Origin: an uncultured delta proteobacterium
Lineage (GTDB): Bacteria > Desulfobacterota > Binatia > UBA9968
Assembly: GCA_963728565.1 (NCBI GenBank)
Contig: CAVSLC010000023.1
Coordinates: 1 to 64,000, forward strand
Length of the DNA: 64,000 nucleotides
Direction: 5' to 3'
Shown: positions 37,569 through 47,371 of the stretch, one piece after another
Layout of the letters: each line of letters opens with the position of its first letter
How positions within the stretch are numbered: position 1 is the stretch's first letter
Made by a program: the position numbers and the translations under genes
The notes under the pieces: model-generated
What the model was told of the DNA's origin: nothing
Databases searched by the model: none
The model's input: the letters and a program-made list of their open reading frames with translations, nothing else

Positions 37569-39509
37569 TCACTCCGAAGCTAAAGCCACCACGGGGTCCA
37601 GCCGCGCCGCCTTGCGCGCCGGCAGGTAACCAAATACCAATCCGGTCGCCGAAGCGCAGGCGAAGGCCAGCAGCGCGGGCGTGATCGAGAAAATCACGCT
37701 CATGCCGCTGTAACGCAGAATCATGCCGGCAGCCACGCCGACGAGAATTCCCAATAAACCGCCGGCGGCGCAAACCACCGCCGCTTCGATGTTGAACTGC
37801 AGCAGAATGTCGCGCATGCGCGCGCCGGTAGCCATACGGATGCCGATTTCCCGGGTGCGCTCGACCACGCTGACCAGCATTATGTTCATAACTCCGATGC
37901 CGCCGACCAGCAGCGATATGGCCGCGACCGTTCCCAGGAGCAACGTGAAGGTATCCTGAGTCTCTATGGCCGCCTGAAGGTACGACGCCATGTTGCGCAC
38001 GCTGAAGTCTTCGGTTCGATGGCGCTCGCGCAACAGGTTTTCAACCCGCTCCTGGGTCGCGGCAATGTCGGCCGCGTCAGAGACTTTAATGGTGATGCTG
38101 CTCAAATAACTCTTGCCGAATAATCGCACCAAACCGGTGCTGATCGGCGTGAAGATAACGTCATCCTGATCGCTGCCGTTGGGAGATGCGCCTTTTTCGC
38201 TCATGACGCCGATCACGAGGAAGGGAACATTCTTCAGCAGAACGTAATTTCCCACGGCCTCAGCGCCATCCGGAAAGAGCGTTTTCGCCACTGTGCGACC
38301 GAGCACGACCACCGGCGCATACTGCTTCATATCGTCGGCGTTGAAGAACTGCCCTTCGGCGACCTGCCAGTCGCGAGCTTGTGGGAAATCCTCGCCGGTA
38401 CCTTGGACTGATGTTTGATAATCGCGGTTGCCGAAACGGACGGTCATGCGGCCGCTGCGCTCGGCCAAGGCGGTCTCGATATTCGGCAATGTTTTGATGG
38501 CGGCTGCGTCCTCTGGAATCAGGGTGACGATATCGCCGGCGTTACGGATACCCGCGGCGCCCGGACGAATCAGCATCAGATTGGTCCCGAATGAACTGAT
38601 GCGGTCGAGCACCTTTTGCCGGCTGCCTTCGCCAACGGCGAGCATCGCCACGACGGCGGCGACGCCGATGATAATGCCGAGCAAGGTCAACACGGTGCGA
38701 AAGAGATTGACCCGCAGCGAGCGCCAGGCGGTCACCAGAGCCTCCTGCATGCTCGCCGCCAGAGTGACGGCGCTCTTGAGATTGAGATCGGCGCCGTCGA
38801 CCGGCATCACCTCGGGTTTTCTGACAACTCCGCTGTCGTCGAGGATTCGACCATCTTGAATGCGCACGATGCGGCTGGCGTGCTGCGCCACGTTTTCAGC
38901 ATGAGTGATGAGAATGATTGTACGGCCTTCGACGTTCAACTCTTTGAGCAGCGACAAAACTTCATCGCCGCTCCTGCTATCGAGAGCTCCGGTGGGTTCG
39001 TCGGCGAGGATCACCGGCGGGTCGTTTACCAATGCTCGGGCGATGGCAACCCGTTGCTGCTGACCGCCCGATAGCTCCGCCGGCCGATGATCGGTGCGAT
39101 CGCCGAGTCCGAGCCGCTGCAGTAAGCCCTTAGCGCGCTGCGATCTCTTCTGTTTAGGCAATCCCGCGTAAACGGATGGAATCTCCACGTTCTCGGCGGC
39201 TGTGGCAGTCGCCAGCAAGTTATAACGTTGAAACACGAAGCCGAAGGTTTCACGCCGCAAAGCTGCCAGTTCGTCGGGCGACAGGTTGGCCGCCTCTTTA
39301 CCGAGCACCCGATAGCTACCGGAACTCGGCCGGTCGAGACAACCGATAATGTTCATCAAAGTTGACTTACCCGAGCCGGACTGGCCCATGATGGCGACAA
39401 ATTCGCCGCTATGGATTTTCAACGACACGCCGTCGAGGGCGCGAACGACGGTATCGCCGTTCTGATAATGTTTCTCGATGGCGGTTAAATCCAAAATGAC
39501 ATCATTCAT
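37569..39509 (-). CDS. macB: MacB-family fused ABC ATPase/permease
   Basis: [61 protein letters not shown] and LDPVVAL. Start at MNDVIL. Confidence 0.93.
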   Translation of the reverse strand: MNDVILDLTAIEKHYQNGDTVVRALDGVSLKIHSGEFVAIMGQSGSGKSTLMNIIGCLDRPSSGSYRVLGKEAANLSPDELAALRRETFGFVFQRYNLLATATAAENVEIPSVYAGLPKQKRSQRAKGLLQRLGLGDRTDHRPAELSGGQQQRVAIARALVNDPPVILADEPTGALDSRSGDEVLSLLKELNVEGRTIILITHAENVAQHASRIVRIQDGRILDDSGVVRKPEVMPVDGADLNLKSAVTLAASMQEALVTAWRSLRVNLFRTVLTLLGIIIGVAAVVAMLAVGEGSRQKVLDRISSFGTNLMLIRPGAAGIRNAGDIVTLIPEDAAAIKTLPNIETALAERSGRMTVRFGNRDYQTSVQGTGEDFPQARDWQVAEGQFFNADDMKQYAPVVVLGRTVAKTLFPDGAEAVGNYVLLKNVPFLVIGVMSEKGASPNGSDQDDVIFTPISTGLVRLFGKSYLSSITIKVSDAADIAATQERVENLLRERHRTEDFSVRNMASYLQAAIETQDTFTLLLGTVAAISLLVGGIGVMNIMLVSVVERTREIGIRMATGARMRDILLQFNIEAAVVCAAGGLLGILVGVAAGMILRYSGMSVIFSITPALLAFACASATGLVFGYLPARKAARLDPVVALASE

Positions 39510-39580
39510 AGCTGCGGCCCTGTTTGAAAATCGCGCATGTGACGCGAGCGCAAAAAGATTCCGGGAATCGCATCGTTCAT
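39506..39580 (-). CDS. Putative 24-aa mini-ORF, ATGA-coupled on both sides
   Basis: [24 protein letters not shown]; its TGA overlaps the macB ATG and its ATG overlaps the TGA of the preceding mini-ORF. Confidence 0.45.
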   Translation of the reverse strand: MNDAIPGIFLRSRHMRDFQTGPQL

Positions 39581-39645
39581 AGCCTCGTTGAAGAATTGAG
39601 CGGGTGCCGCGATGGGCCAAAAAAAGCCAGAGTCGCGATGTTCAT
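39577..39645 (-). CDS. Putative 22-aa mini-ORF, ATGA-coupled on both sides
   Basis: MNIATLAFFGPSRHPLNSSTRL*; its ATG overlaps the macA TGA. Confidence 0.45.
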   Translation of the reverse strand: MNIATLAFFGPSRHPLNSSTRL

Positions 39646-40862
39646 AGCTGCGGGCCCCGGTTCAGTCGAGGTGCACTGCTGCCAGCGCGCCCACGATTAT
39701 TCTGGGCCGTTGCGCTGCCCTGCCCTTGGGGACGGCTCACCAGGATACGTTCGCCTGGCTCCAGACCGGCGATGACTTCCGCCTGCGTGCGTGTCTGCAG
39801 ACCGACATGGATGATGCGTTGCTCGCGACCTTTCTCGGTAACGACGGTGACCCTGTACGCCTTGCCCGACTCATTGTCGTGCTCGGTGAGCCGGCGGGTC
39901 AGCACTTCGGCGGGAGCTATCGTGACATTCTCGGCTTTGCCAAAGATGAAAAACACCTGTGTCGTCATGCCGGTCATGAGCTGGCGGCCTTCGTTCTTGA
40001 CGTCGATCAAAACATCATAAAGCACGACTTCATTGACAATCTGTGGCGCGGGAAGAATCTGCCGAACCGTTCCCTGCCAACGATGTTCGGTATTCCCAAG
40101 GGTTGTGAAATAAACAGGCATGCCTTCCTTTAGCTTTGTGACATCCGCTTCGGCGACCTGCGCCCGCACGGTCATGGTGTCGAGGTTGGCGATCTGCAGA
40201 ATCGTCGGCGCGCTCTGGTTGGCATTTAAGGTCTGGCCTTCGCGCGCGGGTCGAGTCGTCACGGTTCCGGCCATGGGGGCGTAAATTTTGGTAAAGCTCA
40301 GATTGGTCTGATTGCCCTTGATGTTTGATTCGGTTTCCTGAATTTGTGCCTGAATCGAGGCGACCTGCGCTCGCGCGACGGCCGCTTCTGTTTCGGATTC
40401 CTGAAGGGCCTGCTGGCTGACGGCGTTGACGCCGAACAAATCGCGATTCCGGTTGAAGTTTTGCTCCGCCAAAGTCAGCTGAGCTTTCTGCTGATTGAGC
40501 TGAGCTCTCAGGCTGTTGAGCCGGGCTTGGTTGGCCTCGACTTGCGCCTGATACACCCGCGGATCGAGCTCGGCAAGCAGTTGACCTTGCTTCACCGTAT
40601 CGCCGATATCGACATGAAGTTTCTTGATCTGGCCGGACACCTGCGTGCCGACGTCAACATATTGCTTCGCTTCAAGTTTGCCTTGCGCCGTGACCACTTC
40701 CTGAATCGTCCCACGGGTAACCGTGATCGGTTGCTGAGCGTTTTGTTCCGGCTGGCGTGCCGCGCTGGCATACCAGTACCAGCCACCGGCGATGGACCCG
40801 GCTAGGGCAACTAAACTGACCAGCTTCTTGGGCCGCTGTTTGATCGCTTTCTTCCAATTCAT
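39642..40862 (-). CDS. macA: MacA-family membrane fusion protein
   Basis: VDVGTQVSGQI, GD.VK.GQLLA, IYAPMAGTV, GQTLNANQSAP, VAEADV and GMT.QV. Likely start MNWKK at 40862. Confidence 0.92.
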   Translation of the reverse strand: MNWKKAIKQRPKKLVSLVALAGSIAGGWYWYASAARQPEQNAQQPITVTRGTIQEVVTAQGKLEAKQYVDVGTQVSGQIKKLHVDIGDTVKQGQLLAELDPRVYQAQVEANQARLNSLRAQLNQQKAQLTLAEQNFNRNRDLFGVNAVSQQALQESETEAAVARAQVASIQAQIQETESNIKGNQTNLSFTKIYAPMAGTVTTRPAREGQTLNANQSAPTILQIANLDTMTVRAQVAEADVTKLKEGMPVYFTTLGNTEHRWQGTVRQILPAPQIVNEVVLYDVLIDVKNEGRQLMTGMTTQVFFIFGKAENVTIAPAEVLTRRLTEHDNESGKAYRVTVVTEKGREQRIIHVGLQTRTQAEVIAGLEPGERILVSRPQGQGSATAQNNRGRAGSSAPRLNRGPQL

Positions 40863-40891
40863 AGTGGCGTTGCCTTTCGTTGTCCTTATCG

Positions 40892-40919
40892 TGATACGAA
40901 TCAGGAACCCTTTGTCTCC
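40892..40919 (-). promoter_or_regulatory. Putative ECF-sigma promoter for macAB-tolC
   Basis: GGAGAC-N14-TCGTATCA; same boxes and spacing as the motif upstream of the sigma gene. Confidence 0.65.
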
Positions 40920-40930
40920 GCCGTTCCGGC

Positions 40931-40961
40931 AAAAAAAAGCGCCGGTGAGACCAGCGCTTTT
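40931..40961 (-). terminator. Intrinsic terminator after the sigma/anti-sigma/sensor genes
   Basis: RNA AAAAGCGCUGG-UCUCA-CCGGCGC-U8; the G.U pair forms only on the minus strand. Confidence 0.8.
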
Positions 40962-40984
40962 GTGTCGATTCAAGTAAGGAACGG

Positions 40985-41419
40985 TCACCTGGGGGGCGGC
41001 GTTGGCCGTTTGAGCATCTCACCGACCGCGACGCGCTGCTCTGGCGGTAATCCTCTGACAAGCTCTTTGAGATCGTCAGAGGCACGTTGCGATATTTGCC
41101 CACGCAATTGGCTGATCTGGATTAGCTGCTTGTCGTATGCGGCTTCATCCAAAGGCTCAGCAACCAGAAGGTCGATCGCTTGATTGCGGGCCTGGCGCAT
41201 CTGCTCGCGCAAAGGATCATGACCGGCGCGAAGCTGAGCCATTTTGTCGCGAAATCGGCTGCGTGCCGGTTCGGGCAGTTTTTCGATTTCGGCGGTGAGC
41301 CGCTCTCGCCGTGAACTCTCCCGGCCGAATCCGGGACTCAACGTACCGAAGAAAATGCCCAGCAACAAAACATTCAATATTATCGAAACGATAAAGGCGC
41401 TTTTTAGTTTCGTGTTCAT
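40985..41419 (-). CDS. Periplasmic heavy-metal-sensor / Spy-CpxP-ZraP-like protein
   Basis: SIILNVLLLG N-terminal TM, helical body, A.P.D.A motif and LPPEQR. Confidence 0.8.
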   Translation of the reverse strand: MNTKLKSAFIVSIILNVLLLGIFFGTLSPGFGRESSRRERLTAEIEKLPEPARSRFRDKMAQLRAGHDPLREQMRQARNQAIDLLVAEPLDEAAYDKQLIQISQLRGQISQRASDDLKELVRGLPPEQRVAVGEMLKRPTPPPR

Positions 41420-41727
41420 AACAGTCCTTCGTCCGGATCGAGAAGACTAAGCGCCTGAACGGCGTCGACATTCTCGGGTGCGGTGTCCGACGGGACATTC
41501 AACCCGAGGACAAAACCCATCATCAACGTGCCCGCCAGGACATAGGCAGGATTCGGCAAATGCAGTTCGGCGAAGGTTTGCTTGATCCATTGCCCCAACG
41601 AAAATACCTGCGCCTGAGGCGTCATCTGCGCCTTTAAGATGATCCGCTGCGCAAGGTCCAAGCTTGCGGCCTGAACCCGGCGCGTTTTAAGCATCTCGTC
41701 GATTTTTTCGTCTGGGTGGGTAGCCAT
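41416..41727 (-). CDS. Probable membrane-bound anti-sigma factor
   Basis: Follows the ECF gene; DLAQRII, a single TM (YVLAGTLMMGFVLG), and ATGA-coupled to the next gene. Confidence 0.7.
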   Translation of the reverse strand: MATHPDEKIDEMLKTRRVQAASLDLAQRIILKAQMTPQAQVFSLGQWIKQTFAELHLPNPAYVLAGTLMMGFVLGLNVPSDTAPENVDAVQALSLLDPDEGLL

Positions 41728-41735
41728 AGTAAACC

Positions 41736-42293
41736 TCACAAGTAATTTTTCAGGCGTTCTTTAAGCGTCGTCTTGGCGCGCATAACCAGCGATTGCAAAG
41801 CCTTCAACTGGAGCCCCATCACTTGGGCGGCTTCGTGGTTGCTCAGTCCTTCATCGAAGCAGAGATTCAGTGCAATCCGCTGCCGCTCCGGCAGAGCGGC
41901 GATTTCTTTCTCAAGTACTTTGTGTTTTTCCGCCTGTAACATAGCAATATCGGGAGTTTCTCTATCATCCACGAGCGAAAGCTCCCGGTCACCAAGCTCG
42001 ATCGGTCTTTTTCTTTTCTGCCAGTCGAGACATAGATTAACCACGACCCGATAAAACCAAGTCGTGAATTTGTTGTTTCGCTCCGCTTGCCACTTGCCGG
42101 GATCTTCCCACAATTTCACGAAAGCATCCTGTACGACGTCTTCGGCAGCCTCCTTATTCTGCAGATAGCGGTAAGCGAGCCGGTAAAATCGTTCTGTGTG
42201 TCGCTGCACGAGAACAGTGAAAGCCTGTTGGCTGCCATCTTGGATAAGAGTAAGGAGCGCTTCATCGTCTTTCTCGGGCCATGCAACAGGCAT
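41736..42293 (-). CDS. ECF sigma-70 factor
   Basis: AEDVVQDAF, FTTWFYRVVVNLC.D, LPERQR and EGLS..E.A. Confidence 0.93.
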   Translation of the reverse strand: MPVAWPEKDDEALLTLIQDGSQQAFTVLVQRHTERFYRLAYRYLQNKEAAEDVVQDAFVKLWEDPGKWQAERNNKFTTWFYRVVVNLCLDWQKRKRPIELGDRELSLVDDRETPDIAMLQAEKHKVLEKEIAALPERQRIALNLCFDEGLSNHEAAQVMGLQLKALQSLVMRAKTTLKERLKNYL

Positions 42294-42404
42294 AGAGTTA
42301 TGATTTGAGTTGTCTCTCTAAGTTGGGTGAATTGATGGAGCTTCTCAATCATACATCGATCCAACCGAGAGCCAAAGCACCCGATTACTCTACACCTCAA
42401 CCGA

Positions 42405-42432
42405 TGATACGACCGAGGTGCCGAAAGTCTTC
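42405..42432 (-). promoter_or_regulatory. Putative autoregulatory ECF promoter
   Basis: GAAGAC-N14-TCGTATCA about 110 bp upstream of the sigma start. Confidence 0.65.
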
Positions 42433-42678
42433 GCTGGAAAGTAACCGTTATTACAAGAGTGGTTTAGAAACGGAGAATTCGATTGACGCTCCTCGGAACT
42501 CCGCAGTGTTTCACTGTCCAGGTTCCGGGGGGGTTGCCGCGTTCGCATCGGAATTCACTTTCAACTTCTAAACAACTGTCACTGTTACGGGCTGAACCTT
42601 GACGAACTTGACAGGCGGCAAACGGATGTCTTAGAAGCGGGAGGTAGCAGCGATGATTTTTAATAAGGCTGTAATGTC

Positions 42679-43689
42679 ATGCTTCTTAGAGCTTTCAAGT
42701 TTTGGATCGTTTGTTTTGCTGTTGCGATCAGCGTTTGCGATGCCACATCGTCATTGGCCGCGGAGAAAATAAGAGTCGCTTACGTCAGCCCCAGCGTCAG
42801 CCAGTCTCTGCCTTGGTTCGCAAGAGAATTGGGAATTCTTGCAAAGTATGATCTTACCGCCGAGGTTTTACTCATCACCGGCAGTCCCAGACTGGTTCAA
42901 TCGCTGATCGCCGGTGACGTCGACTTCGTGTTCGCCGGGGTTGCGGCATTGATTAGAGCCAGGGCCAGAGGTGCGGAAGTCGCGATACTGGGCGCGTCTG
43001 CCAATGCTTCGAGTCAAAAGATCATGATCAGCAAGACGTCGAAGATTCGCCGCATCGAAGATTTAAAGGGCGCCGTCATAGGAGTATCGCAATACGGCTC
43101 GGAGGCGGACACCTTCGCGCGGGTCGCGCTCGCGCAAGCGGGGTTAAAACCGGACAAAGATACGACGATCATTCAGCTTGGAGGTCACCCGCAAGTTGCC
43201 GCGTCTCTGGCTGCGGGCAAGCTCGAGGTTGGGGTGCTGGGCGGATTGGCGACATTGACGGCAGAGCGGGCGGGCGCCCGTCTTCTCACCAGTGCTCAAG
43301 AGTTGAACGTGTTGTCGCCGTCCGGCACATTTGCCACGACGAGGGGCTACATTCAAAAAAACAGGAGCGTGGTGGATCGGCTCATGCGCTCTTTTATCGA
43401 AGCGCTGCATTACATCAAAACCAATCGAAACGGAACGATCACTCTGCTGCAGAAATATCTTGGCGGGCTTAACGCCGAAGAAGCCGGTTACCTCTATCAA
43501 GAACAGGTAAGTACCTTAGAAGCTCTCCCCGCGCCCAACGAAAAAGCAATTCAAGCCGTGCTCGACCGCGAAAGCGATCCTAAGATTAGAAGCACGTCGG
43601 TAGCAGATGTAATCGACCCGAGCTTCTTTAAGGACATTGAGAAGAGCGGACTCATCGAACAGTTATACAAAGGTAAAGATAAGCGGTAA
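42679..43689 (+). CDS. ABC-type substrate-binding protein, NMT1/THI5-SsuA/TauA family
   Basis: Signal peptide, LIAGDVDF, IEDLKGAVIGVS..GS and D.SF...IEKSG.I. Confidence 0.85.
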   Translation: MLLRAFKFWIVCFAVAISVCDATSSLAAEKIRVAYVSPSVSQSLPWFARELGILAKYDLTAEVLLITGSPRLVQSLIAGDVDFVFAGVAALIRARARGAEVAILGASANASSQKIMISKTSKIRRIEDLKGAVIGVSQYGSEADTFARVALAQAGLKPDKDTTIIQLGGHPQVAASLAAGKLEVGVLGGLATLTAERAGARLLTSAQELNVLSPSGTFATTRGYIQKNRSVVDRLMRSFIEALHYIKTNRNGTITLLQKYLGGLNAEEAGYLYQEQVSTLEALPAPNEKAIQAVLDRESDPKIRSTSVADVIDPSFFKDIEKSGLIEQLYKGKDKR

Positions 43690-43841
43690 GAGTAAATACC
43701 TGATCGCATGACCATGGTTGGGAAGAGCGGTTCGAGAAATTATGTCGGTATCATCTTAGGAAGACGGACCGACGGCTTACAACAATTCACAGGAAGCAGA
43801 TCGGTTTCGAGAAAAATCTGGAAGAGACAAGGAGACAAATC

Positions 43842-44204
43842 ATGGCACGCATCGCACACATCGCGCTTCTGACAAAAGATACGGAGAAATTGGCGGAATT
43901 CTACAAGACGTCCTTCGGCATGAAAGAAGTCGCACGCAGCGGCGAAGGCGGGGAGCATGGTAGAGCAATCTATGTATCCGACGGCCACATCAATCTGGCC
44001 ATTCTGCCGGCGCGCAATCGGCGCGAGGGCATCTATCATTTCGGTATTGCAGTGGACGATGTGAAGGGCGCGGTCGAAACTGCTCTGGCGGCGGGGGCCA
44101 CAGGCGGCACGGCTGAGCTACCAAAAGACGGGCGGTTCGCTGAGACCTTCGTGCTCGATCCGGTCGGCACCCGGGTCGATCTGTCGCCGGGCTGGAAAGT
44201 ATAG
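43842..44204 (+). CDS. VOC/glyoxalase-family protein
   Basis: IAHIAL...D...AEFY...FGM, GIYHFGIAVDD and DPVG..VDL; GGAG RBS. Confidence 0.88.
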   Translation: MARIAHIALLTKDTEKLAEFYKTSFGMKEVARSGEGGEHGRAIYVSDGHINLAILPARNRREGIYHFGIAVDDVKGAVETALAAGATGGTAELPKDGRFAETFVLDPVGTRVDLSPGWKV

Positions 44205-44646
44205 ACGAGATCAGGTGACATTCAGTACAGGTAGCCTAAGGGCATGGAAAGTCCATGTAGCTAAACTGCTCAATTGCTTCGTTTCAATCGGCGTTAGAAA
44301 CAAACAGCTCTCAGAGTCAGCAGCATAGCCTCTGAATTTCACGTCCGCTGCGTGCCGTAGCCGCGGGTCAGCGCTGCGGTCGTGCATGAACGGTCTTAGC
44401 ATCGGTTTCGCCGATGTTCTACGAAGGCTCTTTCAAGCTTCCGCCGGCCCCCCGGAGGAACTGGTAACCAATTATTTTATTAGTGCGAACCGGATAAAAG
44501 CTCTCTAGTCAAAGGATTAACTCAACTCGACGAGGGCTGACGAAGTGCCCGCCCACGCATGCGCTTCTGGCGCCAATTTGACAAAAAAGTACCCCTTCGT
44601 TACGTAAAGAAGGAATAACCGAACAATCTTATGAGCAGGAGGAATA

Positions 44647-45585
44647 ATGAGCGACTTCTACAGCGCGTGGTTAGAACGGTCCAAGAGCAACCAAAAGAAG
44701 GTTGACGACGCACCGCGGGTAGCCAAATCCAAAGACCTCAAATGGGTGCGCACGCCGCAGGACTATAAGGCTGCCTTGATGATTGCTCCGGAGACCGGCT
44801 TCCCTACCGGCGGCAGCTGTCTCATGCGAGCCGAGATTCCGGTGGGCTGGCATACCGGCAAACACTTTCATGGCGAAGAGGCGATCTACGTCGAGAGCGG
44901 CGAAGGCTTTCTGATTCTGGATGAAAAACGTTACGACTTCTTCCCAGGAACGATCTTGCACATTCCCTACCGTTCACCGCATCAGCTCTTCAATAGCGGA
45001 AACGCGCCCGTCGGCTACCTTTCAGGGCTAGCTTGGCACCTGGAAGCTGACGTTTACATGGGGAAGTTGGAGCAACTCGAAGAATGCGGCGAAAATGATC
45101 CAAAGGTTTTAGCAAACATTCCTCAAGAAGAGTCCCAGTACTGGCCCGAAGACGGCCGGCGTATCTCAATGCACCAACAACAGCACGAGAAATCGGGCGA
45201 GTCGAAACACGGCGCGACTTATTTTTTGATGGGCCGAAGCGGTAAGCAGAACGGATTTCGGGCTACGGGTGTGGCAATCAGCTCGATCTTTGTCGATCTG
45301 CCGCACACCAAGAGTCACAGCCATGCGCATCCGGAAGCCTACCTGTATGCGCTGGAAGGTGACGGCTATTCGGAGATTGGCGGCAAACGTTACGATTGGA
45401 ATCAGGGCGATGCCGTCCATGTGCCTCCGGGCATGTTGCATCATCAACATTTCAACCCCTTCGACAGGGATATGAAAGAGCTCCGCTTCGAGTTCGGTGT
45501 TCGCTATTGGTTCGTCGATCAGTGGAAGAAAGGCTACACCACGGTGGACAAACACTTGAAGGCGACCACTCACATGGATGATTGA
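44647..45585 (+). CDS. Bicupin protein (gentisate-dioxygenase-like fold)
   Basis: Two cupin motifs: KHFHGEE...HIP...PHQLFN and HSHAHPEA...HVPPG..HHQHFN; AGGAGG RBS. Confidence 0.85.
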   Translation: MSDFYSAWLERSKSNQKKVDDAPRVAKSKDLKWVRTPQDYKAALMIAPETGFPTGGSCLMRAEIPVGWHTGKHFHGEEAIYVESGEGFLILDEKRYDFFPGTILHIPYRSPHQLFNSGNAPVGYLSGLAWHLEADVYMGKLEQLEECGENDPKVLANIPQEESQYWPEDGRRISMHQQQHEKSGESKHGATYFLMGRSGKQNGFRATGVAISSIFVDLPHTKSHSHAHPEAYLYALEGDGYSEIGGKRYDWNQGDAVHVPPGMLHHQHFNPFDRDMKELRFEFGVRYWFVDQWKKGYTTVDKHLKATTHMDD

Positions 45586-45610
45586 GCGGTGATCAGATGA
45601 CAAGGCTTGG

Positions 45611-45643
45611 CGGCGGGTTAACGGTATCGTTGCCCGCCGTTTT
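45611..45643 (+). terminator. Probable intrinsic terminator
   Basis: cggcgggt(t)aacg-gtat-cgttgcccgccg followed by tttt, 25 bp after the cupin stop. Confidence 0.65.
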
Positions 45644-45769
45644 GCGTTGAGGAGTAGATCAGCACCTTTAGATGGGATGTGCGTTCAGAAGAGAGCATCA
45701 ACAAAGAAACGCTCGCGGAAAGATAAAACTTTCTTGCAACGAATAACCAGATCTTTTATAGAGTAATCA

Positions 45770-46036
45770 ATGACGTTACGGAATCCCAAAAACGGCGCGC
45801 CAAAGATGATGCTGGGCTTCATCGTGCGCCGTTGCGCGGCCGATATCGGACATACGCCGAGTCCCGATGAATTCGCCGCGTGGGCCAACGCGCGTCGCCA
45901 GGACGGACATGAGTATTGCCTGTTTGGCAAACCAATTTCACCCTCCATCGCCAAAGTCATGTTCCAGCAGCCGGGCCGGTTAGTTACCGTCAATGGGGAT
46001 AGCTTTGAGAAACATTGGCGCGGCCCGCGCGGCTAG
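45770..46036 (+). CDS. Small hypothetical protein (88 aa), possibly leaderless
   Basis: Protein-like composition (P.P.EFA.WAN); TTGCAA-N17-TATAGA ends 7 bp before the ATG. Confidence 0.55.
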   Translation: MTLRNPKNGAPKMMLGFIVRRCAADIGHTPSPDEFAAWANARRQDGHEYCLFGKPISPSIAKVMFQQPGRLVTVNGDSFEKHWRGPRG

Positions 46037-46328
46037 ATCTCGGACCTGCTGCACTTTTTGCCAGTTTGGGCTGGCGCATTCACTGCACAACTCCCCAGAT
46101 CTAAATCTCTAGGGCACTGGCGGCGTTGGCCGTGAGTTTGACCTGATCAGCGTAGACGCAATCGAAACGATTCGTGGTTCAAGGGTTCACCATGATCGCC
46201 GGCCCTTTGTGATCCGCATCATGGCGCAGCTAATCGCCGGATAGGCAAAGTTGATCGATCCGTAACTGCCCTGTTATCTTCGCCGGCTATGCAGTTGGCG
46301 CTTTTTAACTGGTGTGGAGGGATACGCA

Positions 46329-47339
46329 GTGACTATCAAACAGCTCTTTTTTGTTGCCACCGCCATTGTGACGGTCCTGTCTGCTTTCGCAGACGGCGCT
46401 CAAGGAAAACCTGAAAAGCTCCGGATCGGTTACGCCGCGCGCGCGGTGGCGCATTCGGTTCCTTTTGTCGCGAAAGAGGCGGGATTTTTCTCCGAAGAAG
46501 GCATCGATGCGGAGGTGATCAGAACAGCGGGATCGATCGCGCCGATGGCCCTGGTTGCCAACGAAGTCGATTTCGCGATTATGTCGGCATATTTGATGAT
46601 TCCGGTGGCGGAACGGAACCGCGACGTCGTCATGCTCGGAGGATTTTCGCGCTATGCTTCGATGGTGCTGGTGGCGCGTCCGGAGATCAAGACTGCCCAG
46701 GATCTCAAGGGTAAAATCGTCGGCATCCAGCGTCCGGGCGACGCCTACGAAAAAAGCTTGCGCTTTGGTTTGCGCCATCTGGGTTTGGACGCTGACAAGG
46801 ACGTGACGATGCTGGCTCTCGGCACCAACGATGTTATGTGGGGAGCTCTGCAGACCGGCAGAGTAGCGGCAACCATTCTCTCGCCGCCTGGAACTTTGTT
46901 TGCGCGCAAGGCCGGAATGAATTTTATGGTCGATCTCACCGATCTAAAACTGGAATACCAAGGTTCGACGATTGCGACGCGGCGCTCGCTGGTTCAAAAA
47001 AGTCCGGCGCTGGCAACTCGGGCCCTGCGAGCGATCGTCAAAGGCGTCCATCTGTTTAAGACCCGCAAGGAAGATACTGTGCGCATCCTCAGCAAGTTCC
47101 TCGGCACCAGCGATCGCGAGGCGCTGCAAGAATCCTGGGAATATGCCGCGAAGATGCCGGCCAAGCCCTATGCCGTGGAGAGCGCCGTCCAGGCAGTGCT
47201 CGACCATCTAGCCGAAGGCCAACCGAGGTTCGCGCAGTATCGACCTGCTGATTTCATCGAGGCGCGTGTGCTCAGCGAAATCGACCAAAGCGGCTATATC
47301 GACAAACTCTATAGCGCTCGGGAGAGCAAAGGCCGGTAG
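46329..47339 (+). CDS. ABC-type substrate-binding protein, NMT1/THI5 family
   Basis: GGAGG then GTG at 46329; signal peptide, VAKEAGFF..EGID, DLKGK.VG and EIDQSGYID. Confidence 0.85.
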   Translation: MTIKQLFFVATAIVTVLSAFADGAQGKPEKLRIGYAARAVAHSVPFVAKEAGFFSEEGIDAEVIRTAGSIAPMALVANEVDFAIMSAYLMIPVAERNRDVVMLGGFSRYASMVLVARPEIKTAQDLKGKIVGIQRPGDAYEKSLRFGLRHLGLDADKDVTMLALGTNDVMWGALQTGRVAATILSPPGTLFARKAGMNFMVDLTDLKLEYQGSTIATRRSLVQKSPALATRALRAIVKGVHLFKTRKEDTVRILSKFLGTSDREALQESWEYAAKMPAKPYAVESAVQAVLDHLAEGQPRFAQYRPADFIEARVLSEIDQSGYIDKLYSARESKGR

Positions 47340-47371
47340 CAGCGCGCCGACGTAATTGCTAATTTGTATCG

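Noticed and set aside
37564-37773. N-terminal extension of the TolC-family ORF (and likewise 39510-39620 of macB)
   Set aside because: Overlaps neighbouring genes; the signal peptide/lipobox and the coupling pattern identify the downstream ATGs.
44578-44606. TTGACA-N17-TACGTA upstream of the cupin gene
   Set aside because: Perfect -35 but the -10 lacks the conserved final T; plausible but not supportable alone.
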